This document shows positions 18,041-25,847 of a DNA stretch of 44,720 bases, piece by piece. Position 1 is the first letter of the stretch. Each line of letters opens with the position of its first letter. The notes under the pieces are model-generated. The model searched no databases and was not told where the DNA came from. It saw only the letters and a list, made by a program, of their open reading frames with translations. Position numbers and translations under genes: made by a program. The DNA comes from a virus (lineage: Duplodnaviria; Caudoviricetes): positions 1 through 44,720 of the IMG/VR virus record IMGVR_UViG_3300037445_000060; one strand, written 5' to 3'.

Positions 18041-21000
18041 GAGAAGATGTCCTCCGTGCCGGTGGCGTGCTCGGCAATGACCTCGAGCCGGGACATCATC
18101 GCGCGGTACCAGTCGAGCCGCCCCGCGTCCTCGAATGCCTGGCGCGCCTCGGCGAGGGTGTGCCGCAGGTACTGCACGTCGTGCGCGGTGAGCGGGTTGT
18201 CGATCCACTGCCCGTCCCGTGCGAACGGCTCGAGCCGCTCCGCCCGCCACGACGGCACCACGTCCGGCGCGGACCACGGTTGGAACGACATGGCGTGGTC
18301 GATGGGCCGGATCCGACCGGCCGGGTCGACGAACCAGTTGCCCTCGTTGCGGTCGTTGCCGCTGGTCAGCAGGTCGAACAGCCGCAACCGCGTGCCGCCC
18401 GGGCCCGCCAGGATCGCGGCGCCCTCATCGGGCAGATCCGCGGCCAGGGTGCCATCGACGAACGACATAAACAGTGTGTTGCCGTCAACGGCGACAACCG
18501 GTGTTTCGAACCCGAACGCGCGGCCGACGATCGCGGCCAGCTGCTCGGCGTCGCGCTGCTGCGGGATCTCCATGCCCTCGCCGAGGTCCTTGACGACCTT
18601 GCGGATGGCGATGCGGCCGTCCTGCAGCGTGATGCGGGTGACGATGCCCATCGTGCCGCCGAGCCGGCTGGACTCATCGACGATGCCGTCTTCGATCGCG
18701 GCGAGCAGCTCGGCGACCTCGGCCTCGAACTCGCCGAGCACATCCTCAACGTCGCCGGCCTCAGCCTCGGCCTCGAGCTCCTCGGCGCCAACCTCGCCGG
18801 CCAGGTCTTCCGCGCCCAGGCCCTCGACGTCGCCGAACGCGCCCGGCGGGAGCAGGTCGACGCCGCTGGCCGCCTCGACCTGGCTGCGGTCGGCGAGCGC
18901 CGGCGCGATGGCGCAGCGGCAATCCGGATGCCCGGGCGGCGCGTCGTCACCGGAGCTGAAGTAGGCGTCCAGCGGTACGGGGCCGTCGCCCTCGTTCTCG
19001 TTGCAGATCACACAGACCCGCTGGTCTTCGGCCGACATCCATTCTTTGGCCTCGATCTGGTTGTCCCGGTAACGGGCCAGGGAGGCGGCAGAGACGGCGC
19101 GGTTGGTCTCGGTGGTGGCGACCATGCGCGCATAGCGCGGGTCCTCGAGGACGCCACGCAGCTGCTTGGCCAGCTTGCTGGGCGACCAGCCCTCGGACAG
19201 CGAGCGGTGCAGCGCCTGGGCGAGGTCGTCGAGGCGGTGCGCGGCGATCGAGCTGATGTCCACGCCGGCGGCGTCGAGCAGGTCGATCAGGCCGCCGGCG
19301 CGGCCCTCGGCGTCGAGGATCAGCCGCGCCGCGCGAGCGTCGCCGGGGGTCCAGTCGCCCCAGTCCGGCGCGACCGTGTACTCGTGCGGGTCGGCGGCCT
19401 TGCGGGACAGCAGCAGGCCGGCCACCATTGCCGCTGCGGCCCGGTCGCCGATGAAGTACCCCTCGGTCCACAGCGGCTCGAGGACACGGCGCAGCGGCGT
19501 CTCCAGGTCGATGCCCTGGTGCTCGAGCCACGCCCGGGCGTCGGCGACACCGAGGTCAGTGGCCTCCGTCCGGCTGGCCAGCCAGGTACGCGCCAACGCC
19601 GTCGCGGAAGTCGGCCCAGTCAAAGCCCGGGACAGCGCGCGGCTCAACAAGGGGGCGTAGTGCTCCACCACGCTGAGGTCGTGTTCCCACCCGGGCCACT
19701 GGCGCCCCGGCGGGGCTGGCGCTTTTGGGCCAGCATCACCGGCGCCCTTGATCACGTAGTCGCAGCCCTCGACCGGCTGGAAGGGGTACACGTCGTCCTC
19801 GACGCAGTGCTCGAACACGAATGGGCGCCGCTCGACACCGGGCTTGCGCTTCGCCGACCAGCGCCGGTAGGCGGCGAGCTCGGCGGCCTTGGCCTTGTCG
19901 TCCGCCGGTACCGGCTTGGCCTGCGGCTTCCCGGTTTCGGCGCCGGAACTGTCCGCCGGCTTGTCCGCTCCGGGCTCCTCGATCTGCGGCTCGCCCGGCT
20001 GGCCGGTAACGGGCGGCGGCTTGGGCGGGTCGACCTCGACGCCGGGAGGCTCGAGCGCGGAGCTGCCTTCGAGGAAGATGACGCCGCGGCCGGTGATGAT
20101 CATCGGCTTGTCGGCTTCCTCGAAGTCGTACCGCGGCAGGCCGAGGTCGTCGCGGCGCTCGTTGAGCGTCTTCACGCCGTACGCCTGGCGCTTGCCTTCG
20201 ACGTCGTCGGCGCCCGGGTCGTCCTCTTCGTCCAGGCCGAGGAACTTGAACTCCAGCTCCCGCGGCATCGCGGCGTGGGTCCGCAGGATCGACGTCACCA
20301 GCGCCTGGACGTACTTGATGATGGGCCGGGTCTTGCGGGCCTGCACGTCGGCCTGGCCCTCGTGGTAGCCCTCACTGCCCAGGCCCTTGGCCTCGGTGAA
20401 GCCGAGCTCCGGCAGGGTCGTGTCGAAGTGCGCGGCGAGGAGCTTGATGAGGTGGAGGTCGTACTCCGGCTTGTACTTCTCGGCCATCGCGGTGAGCGAC
20501 GCGCCGTCGATGGGCTCGACCCCGGGCGGCAGGAAGCGGACGCGCTGCCGGTCGGACTGCGAGCCGCTGACCGCGTCGTTGTACTCGCGCTCGTACTGCA
20601 GCAGCTGCTCCGGCGACCACATGCTGCCGGTGGCCGACGTCGGGTCGATCTTGAACAGACCGGCCACCGACGTGCCCTCGGTGTACTCGCTCTTCATCCA
20701 GCGGTGCCGCTTGAGGTACAGGTCCCCGTCGTCAAGGGCCTGCTCGACGGCGCTGTACCCGTACGGCGTCCACACACGGACGACCCGGCGGCTGTAAATC
20801 AGCTGGTCGGAGGCGTACGCGCCATCGATGACCTCGGCACCGCCCGGGCCTTCGGTGACGTCCGCGGTGAACTCGCCGCGCGGGAAGCCGTAGAGGATCT
20901 GCTGGAACGCCGGCGCGGGGGCGAGGGGGCGGCCGCCGCGCTCGTCGAGGAGCGGCTTGATCGTCGACCCGTCGAGGACTTCCAGGGACCAGAGGTCGCC

Positions 21001-21660
21001 GCCGTAGGTGCGCCGCGGGTAGATCGCGGCGGCGTCGAGGACGAACACCTCTTCGAGCAGCATGGACAGCCACTGCGCGAAGGTGTAGCCGTTGGCCCGG
21101 TCCGGCTGGTCGAGGAAGGCGGCGGCCCGGTCGATCTCCGGCGACAGCCGGTCGCGGAGCTTGCCCTCCAGGTCGGCGCGGCCGGTGCCGGGGCCCTCGT
21201 CGCGCTGGGCGGTCTCGATCGCGCCCTGCGAGATGACAATGTCCCAGTCCAGGCCGACCATGTGGTCTTTGCGGATCTCGATGCAGCGCCGGAACAGCGA
21301 CACCCCGTCGGCGGCGTCGCGCAGCAGCTGCCAGGAATGCAGCCGGTTGGCGGTGCCGGTGAGGTTCCAGCTGACCGGGTACTCGTAGAGCCGCGGCGCT
21401 GGCCGGCCGGAGTCCGGGCGTACCGGGTCGAGCGGCGCCGGGTACAGCGGCATGCCGGGGCCGAACGGGGCGGTTGCCCACGCCGGCGGCCGCGGCAGGG
21501 GAGTGGCCGCGCCGGCGCCGAGCGCCTGGGCGTCGCGCATGGCGGCGACCTGCTGGCCGATGTCGTGGACGGCGCCGCGGACGTTGCCGAGGTCGGGGAG
21601 CGCCTTCTCGACGGCGCCAGCGAGGAGCCGGTCAACGACGCGGCGGAGTGGGTTGGCCAC
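18037..21660 (-). CDS. Portal protein fused to a MuF (SPP1 gp7-like) domain and a C-terminal PI3K/HipA-superfamily kinase domain
   Basis: Follows terL; portal motifs (LEVLDGSTIKP, YGYSAVEQ, TLNERRDDLGL); MuF motifs (RMVATTET, KEW..AED.RVCVIC, PPGHPDCRC); kinase motifs (LGGTMG, AIRK, AEQLA, DRNEGN, IDHAMSF). Confidence 0.88.
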   Translation of the reverse strand: MANPLRRVVDRLLAGAVEKALPDLGNVRGAVHDIGQQVAAMRDAQALGAGAATPLPRPPAWATAPFGPGMPLYPAPLDPVRPDSGRPAPRLYEYPVSWNLTGTANRLHSWQLLRDAADGVSLFRRCIEIRKDHMVGLDWDIVISQGAIETAQRDEGPGTGRADLEGKLRDRLSPEIDRAAAFLDQPDRANGYTFAQWLSMLLEEVFVLDAAAIYPRRTYGGDLWSLEVLDGSTIKPLLDERGGRPLAPAPAFQQILYGFPRGEFTADVTEGPGGAEVIDGAYASDQLIYSRRVVRVWTPYGYSAVEQALDDGDLYLKRHRWMKSEYTEGTSVAGLFKIDPTSATGSMWSPEQLLQYEREYNDAVSGSQSDRQRVRFLPPGVEPIDGASLTAMAEKYKPEYDLHLIKLLAAHFDTTLPELGFTEAKGLGSEGYHEGQADVQARKTRPIIKYVQALVTSILRTHAAMPRELEFKFLGLDEEDDPGADDVEGKRQAYGVKTLNERRDDLGLPRYDFEEADKPMIITGRGVIFLEGSSALEPPGVEVDPPKPPPVTGQPGEPQIEEPGADKPADSSGAETGKPQAKPVPADDKAKAAELAAYRRWSAKRKPGVERRPFVFEHCVEDDVYPFQPVEGCDYVIKGAGDAGPKAPAPPGRQWPGWEHDLSVVEHYAPLLSRALSRALTGPTSATALARTWLASRTEATDLGVADARAWLEHQGIDLETPLRRVLEPLWTEGYFIGDRAAAAMVAGLLLSRKAADPHEYTVAPDWGDWTPGDARAARLILDAEGRAGGLIDLLDAAGVDISSIAAHRLDDLAQALHRSLSEGWSPSKLAKQLRGVLEDPRYARMVATTETNRAVSAASLARYRDNQIEAKEWMSAEDQRVCVICNENEGDGPVPLDAYFSSGDDAPPGHPDCRCAIAPALADRSQVEAASGVDLLPPGAFGDVEGLGAEDLAGEVGAEELEAEAEAGDVEDVLGEFEAEVAELLAAIEDGIVDESSRLGGTMGIVTRITLQDGRIAIRKVVKDLGEGMEIPQQRDAEQLAAIVGRAFGFETPVVAVDGNTLFMSFVDGTLAADLPDEGAAILAGPGGTRLRLFDLLTSGNDRNEGNWFVDPAGRIRPIDHAMSFQPWSAPDVVPSWRAERLEPFARDGQWIDNPLTAHDVQYLRHTLAEARQAFEDAGRLDWYRAMMSRLEVIAEHATGTEDIFS

Positions 21661-21666
21661 GGCGTA

Positions 21667-23199
21667 TCACCTCCCCTTCCTGGCCGCCTGCGCGTACCGC
21701 TCGATCCAGCTGCCGAGGGAGTTGGGAGGCGCGTAGAACGCCAGCAGCAGCGCGTCGGCGTGGTCCGGTGACCGGCCGCCGGAGCGCTCCCGGATGTCGT
21801 CCTTGGACTCGACCCGGATGCGGCCCTTGGGGTCGATGTCGTACCGCGGCTCGACCAGCTCGGCGATCGTCCGGTCCGCGTTGGCCATCTTCGACAGGTC
21901 CCAGGCGCGCTGCTCGGAGGCGACCCGGCCGACCTCCCACCACAGCTCGGCGCGGAGGTTCGCGAACTTGCCCGGCTCGCGGGCGGCCTCGGCGACGTTG
22001 ACCTCGACGATGGCCGCAGCATGCTCGCCGCGGCGGGCCCGGTTGCGCAGCTCGCCGCACAGGCCCCAGCCGATGCCGATCGAGTCGATCTTCACGGCGG
22101 TGGCGCCGGTCTCGACGATGGCGCGGATGACAAGCGGCGCCAGGTCTTCGGGCCGGTCGCTGTTCGATGTCCACTCGCGGCCGGCGACCATGCCGCGGCG
22201 CTCGCGGATGACGGTCAGGTCACCGCCGCCGCCGACGTCCACGCCGAGCTCCACCGGGAGCAGCTCTTCGGCCGCGCGGGGCACCTCGATGTCGAGGCGG
22301 CAGGTCTGCACGTCGCTGTAGCGGACGACGGCCATCGGGTCCTGGTCGGGGAACTCGCCGAGGACCTTGGAGATGTACAGCGGGTTGTCCTCGCCCCACT
22401 CGGCGGCCTTCTCCTCGACCCAGGCCCGGCTGATGAGGTACTCAGCGACCTCGGCCGGGATGTCCTCGCTGGTGAGGTTCGGCGACTCGAAGGCCGAGAT
22501 TTTGATCTTGTGCCAGAGCGACTCCGGCCGGCAGACCTCACGGAAGTGCGTGCCCGGATTGTCGGGGTTGCCGATCGCGAGGATGCGGCACGACGGGTTC
22601 GTGGTGAGCGCGTCGGCAGCGACCCACAGCTGCTCCGGGATGCCGCACGCCTCGTCGAGGATGACGAGCACGTCGCCGTGGATGCCCTGGAACGCCGACT
22701 GGTCGGTGTCGGCCGGCTTACGACCGTAGCCGCGCAGCTCGCCCTCAAGGTGCCACTCGGTCTGGTTGACCCGGCCGGGCAGCTCGCCGGCCTTGTGCAG
22801 GACCCGGATGTACCGCCACAGGATGGCCCGCACCTGCGCATACGTGGGCGCCGTGGTGACCAGGAAGACCCGGTCCGCGGGGTGGGTGTCCATCCACCAG
22901 GACGCGACCACCGAGGCCACGTCGCTCTTGCCGACGCCGTGACAGCTCTGCACGGCCACACGGCGGTGGTCGCGGACCGCCTCCACGATCTCGCGCTGCT
23001 TCGACCACAGGAAGTGGTCGCAGCGCTCGCGGGCCCAGCCGACCGGGTCGAGGCGGTACTGCAGCGCCCGCCGGTACGCCGTGGCGCGGTCGAGCTCAGC
23101 CTTGCGTTCTAGCAGTTCCCTCAGGTGCTCCAGGCGCTGCAAGGTCAGCGCGGCCAAGCTCGGCGGTGAGGCGGGCAATCTCGGCGTCGACAGCGTCAA
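21667..23199 (-). CDS. terL: Terminase large subunit
   Basis: Walker A SCHGVGKS, Walker B VILDEA, IGNP, nuclease LGVDVG and SPDHADAL; TTG start with GAGGTG RBS. Confidence 0.93.
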   Translation of the reverse strand: MTLSTPRLPASPPSLAALTLQRLEHLRELLERKAELDRATAYRRALQYRLDPVGWARERCDHFLWSKQREIVEAVRDHRRVAVQSCHGVGKSDVASVVASWWMDTHPADRVFLVTTAPTYAQVRAILWRYIRVLHKAGELPGRVNQTEWHLEGELRGYGRKPADTDQSAFQGIHGDVLVILDEACGIPEQLWVAADALTTNPSCRILAIGNPDNPGTHFREVCRPESLWHKIKISAFESPNLTSEDIPAEVAEYLISRAWVEEKAAEWGEDNPLYISKVLGEFPDQDPMAVVRYSDVQTCRLDIEVPRAAEELLPVELGVDVGGGGDLTVIRERRGMVAGREWTSNSDRPEDLAPLVIRAIVETGATAVKIDSIGIGWGLCGELRNRARRGEHAAAIVEVNVAEAAREPGKFANLRAELWWEVGRVASEQRAWDLSKMANADRTIAELVEPRYDIDPKGRIRVESKDDIRERSGGRSPDHADALLLAFYAPPNSLGSWIERYAQAARKGR

Positions 23200-23635
23200 G
23201 GGTCAGCACCTCGATCCGCTTCGGAGCGTCGAGGCCCAGCAACTTGGCGCGCCGCTCCTGGATCTTGAGGATGTGGGCGATTGCCTGCAACACCGGACCG
23301 TCGTCGACGAGCGGCACGCCCTCGTGGAAGACGAGCTGGCCGTGGGAGACGGTGACGTGCTGCCGCTCCAGGACCTCAAGCGCCGCCTGCTCCAGCTGGT
23401 CGAGCTTCTCCAGTTCGAGGCGGAGCACCTCCGCCGCAGCCTCCTGCGGAATGGCGGCCAGGCCACGCTGCACAGCGCGGTAGGCGGCAGCCTTGTCGTA
23501 GAGGCCCAACTCGTCGGCGATCTGCTGGTACGACCTGCGGCGCGAGCGGAGGCGGCAGGCCTCGGCGTCGACCTCGGCCTGCTCCATGGTGCGGATGAAC
23601 TGACCGTTCGGGCCGCGGGTGGTGGCCCGTGCCAT
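23096..23635 (-). CDS. terS: Terminase small subunit
   Basis: 179 aa from MARATTRG; HTH SYQQIADELG and ERRAKLLGLDAP motif; directly upstream of terL. Confidence 0.82.
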   Translation of the reverse strand: MARATTRGPNGQFIRTMEQAEVDAEACRLRSRRRSYQQIADELGLYDKAAAYRAVQRGLAAIPQEAAAEVLRLELEKLDQLEQAALEVLERQHVTVSHGQLVFHEGVPLVDDGPVLQAIAHILKIQERRAKLLGLDAPKRIEVLTLDAVDAEIARLTAELGRADLAAPGAPEGTARTQG

Positions 23636-23862
23636 CAGGCGCCGCCGGGCTGGATCACGTTGAGGTTGGCCGGCAGGTCGATGTCGACCGTCGCCAGCAT
23701 GGTCAGCGTGACCTGGGTGATGCCGTTGGCCGGAATGTGCACCTTGACGTCGGTGACGGTGTTGTCCTGCACGCCGTCGATCTCGACCGTGGCTTTCCAG
23801 CCGTCCAGCCCGTCGTTGCGGATGCGGACGTGATGGACCTCGCCCGGTTCCAGGGTCTTCAC
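23635..23862 (-). CDS. Hypothetical protein
   Basis: 75 aa, overlaps both neighbouring start/stop codons. Confidence 0.7.
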   Translation of the reverse strand: MKTLEPGEVHHVRIRNDGLDGWKATVEIDGVQDNTVTDVKVHIPANGITQVTLTMLATVDIDLPANLNVIQPGGA

Positions 23863-24260
23863 CTACGTCCCTCCGGCCAGTAGCGCTCCGGCCCTCCGGC
23901 CATGAGGGCCTCGCGGAGCACGTCGAGGTCGAGGGTGCCGAGGACCGCGAGGGTGTGCTCCCGGCGCGCGGCGGCGGCCTGCTCGGCGACCTCGCCGGCG
24001 GACAGCATCGGGCCGTGCTGGTCGGTGTGCAGCCACTGGACGAGCTGCCCGTCAGCGTCGCGGCCGAGGTGCGGCGAGACGTTGCCGCGCGGCTGGCCCG
24101 GGCCCATGTCGGCATCGTGGTCGTGCGGATGCTCGGCGCGGAGGCAGAGGATGTCGCCGTGGCAGGCGCACTTGGCGCCGCACCGGGGCGCGTCGGATGC
24201 CATCTCCTGCTCGAGCTGCTCGATGAGCGCTGGCCGGCGGGGGGCGTCGGTGAGGTCCAT
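23859..24260 (-). CDS. Hypothetical protein with a Cys/His cluster
   Basis: From MDLTDAP with GGAGG RBS; CGAKCACH..C..H.H...H. Confidence 0.7.
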   Translation of the reverse strand: MDLTDAPRRPALIEQLEQEMASDAPRCGAKCACHGDILCLRAEHPHDHDADMGPGQPRGNVSPHLGRDADGQLVQWLHTDQHGPMLSAGEVAEQAAAARREHTLAVLGTLDLDVLREALMAGGPERYWPEGRR

Positions 24261-24265
24261 GGCCA

Positions 24266-24442
24266 TCACCTCCGGGGGCGGATCACAATCGTCGACGGCA
24301 CCGTCACCGAGAGATCCTTGCCGCAACGTCTGCACGTCGCGTTGATGCCGTAGTACGGCGCTGGCCAGCCGCCCCAGGTCTGAGCGGCGGTGGGATCGCA
24401 GTCCTTGAATAGGCAGAGGAGCCGACCGAGCCAGTTGCTCAT
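24266..24442 (-). CDS. Small Cys-containing hypothetical protein
   Basis: 58 aa MSNWLGRLLCLF...CRRCG; GAGGG RBS. Confidence 0.6.
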   Translation of the reverse strand: MSNWLGRLLCLFKDCDPTAAQTWGGWPAPYYGINATCRRCGKDLSVTVPSTIVIRPRR

Positions 24443-24571
24443 GCTGCCCTCGCTCGGATTTTGGGCGCGCTGAAGGTCGGTGCGGCCATTATGCGGTCCC
24501 ACCTGGCATCTCGTCCACAAGGATCTCCAGTCGGGCGTGTCACAACCGTGCCCGGAATGCCGGAATCTGGT

Positions 24572-24595
24572 ACACCATAATGCTCCTTATGGTGT
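24572..24595. promoter_or_regulatory. Perfect inverted repeat upstream of the late genes; possible regulator binding site
   Basis: ACACCATAA-tgctcc-TTATGGTGT, AT-rich, at the edge of the only sizeable gap between replication and packaging genes. Confidence 0.5.
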
Positions 24596-24820
24596 GCGCT
24601 CGCGGAGCTCCGGGATGTCGCACTGGCAGCTGCAGCCCGGCCGCTCGCCCTTGCAGTGCAGCACCAGTGACAGCCGCGCGCGCTTCTCGATCCAGCGCCG
24701 CGCGTTCACCGCAGTGAGCGGCTTCTCGCCGGCCTCGACCCGGCGCCGGTCGTCCACCTGGGCCCGCTCCCGGTAGTCGGTCATGTTGTCGGCGCCGGCG
24801 GCGCACCAGTCGCAGATCAT
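24587..24820 (-). CDS. Small zinc-binding hypothetical protein
   Basis: 77 aa MICDWC...HC...CSCQC; ATGA overlap, GGAGG RBS. Confidence 0.7.
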   Translation of the reverse strand: MICDWCAAGADNMTDYRERAQVDDRRRVEAGEKPLTAVNARRWIEKRARLSLVLHCKGERPGCSCQCDIPELRERTP

Positions 24821-25503
24821 GCGGCCTCCCCCAGCTCGAGCAGCGCACCGAAGGGTGCCGACCAGCCGCACGCCCGGCAGTACACGGTCGCCGGCTCGTG
24901 CTGCTCCCGCGGCAGCACGAGGACCACGGCCGGCACCCAGAACGTGCCCTGACCGTTGGTGGAGCGTGGGGAGTCGAGGTCGTCGCGCTTCTCGAATGTC
25001 CGCTCCCAGCCGCACCCCGGGCAGTGGACGCCGCGGAGGTCGCGCTGCTCAGGCTGCTCGGCGACGATCTCCTCGATCTGCCGCACCCAGCGCCGCGCGC
25101 AGTGGGCGATCGCGTCGGCAACCCGCTCCTGAGCGGTGGTGGCGGCCTGAACGGCGACGGCCCGGAGCAGCTTGCCGAGCGGCGGGGTGGTCGGCTTGCC
25201 GGCGCGGGGGACGTCGTGGGCGGCGTACTGGCGCGCGTCGACGCCGAGGAGGTCGGCCCAGCTGTACGCGTCGTGCCGGATCTCGACGAGCAGGTCCCAC
25301 GCCTGGCCGTTGAGCGGCATGGTGCCGGCGCCGCCGCCGGTGCCGCCGCGGCCGCCGGAGGACGCGTAGAGGCGCTCCTCGAGCTGCTGCAGCAGGCACG
25401 GCTGGTGGATGCGGACGCGGCCGTCGTCGGTGTCGACCCATTCCGCCTGAGTGCGGATAAGCTCGGCGACGGCGTCGACGGCGGGGTGGCGGGCCCGGCT
25501 CAT
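24817..25503 (-). CDS. Zinc-finger protein, possible late-gene regulator
   Basis: 228 aa, C-terminal CPGC...CRAC; lies between replication and packaging modules. Confidence 0.6.
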   Translation of the reverse strand: MSRARHPAVDAVAELIRTQAEWVDTDDGRVRIHQPCLLQQLEERLYASSGGRGGTGGGAGTMPLNGQAWDLLVEIRHDAYSWADLLGVDARQYAAHDVPRAGKPTTPPLGKLLRAVAVQAATTAQERVADAIAHCARRWVRQIEEIVAEQPEQRDLRGVHCPGCGWERTFEKRDDLDSPRSTNGQGTFWVPAVVLVLPREQHEPATVYCRACGWSAPFGALLELGEAA

Positions 25504-25847
25504 CGAGATGGCCAACCTTCCTCCCGGGCCTCGTAGTCGCTGAGGCCGGATGCGAGCGCGGCCTCGTACCGCTCGAGTGCTGCGGCCTCGCTATCCGGAG
25601 TGGCGACTCCAGTTGCGTCCGCCACGGGTTGCGTCGGCGCGGGCAGCAGCTCCTCGAGCGTCGGCCCGTCGCACGGCGGGGGAGGCGTCCAGCCGGGCTG
25701 CTGAGTGATACAGCCATCCGCTTCTGTGTCCCACGGGGCGCCGCAGAGGCAGGACGGATCATCACCTTCCTCGAACATCGAATACGGGCCGGTGCGAACG
25801 CTGGCAGGGTCGAAAGCGTGCTCGGGAACGGTCGAGTCGTTGATCAT
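25500..25847 (-). CDS. Hypothetical acidic protein
   Basis: 115 aa, ATGA overlaps at both ends. Confidence 0.65.
   Translation of the reverse strand: MINDSTVPEHAFDPASVRTGPYSMFEEGDDPSCLCGAPWDTEADGCITQQPGWTPPPPCDGPTLEELLPAPTQPVADATGVATPDSEAAALERYEAALASGLSDYEAREEGWPSR

Noticed and set aside
18067-21771. 1234-aa plus-strand ORF (similarly 6416-8806, 28106-30613, 4011-5654, 14728-16605)
   Set aside because: Antisense shadows of well-supported minus-strand genes; stop codons are scarce in high-GC DNA and the translations show no recognisable motifs
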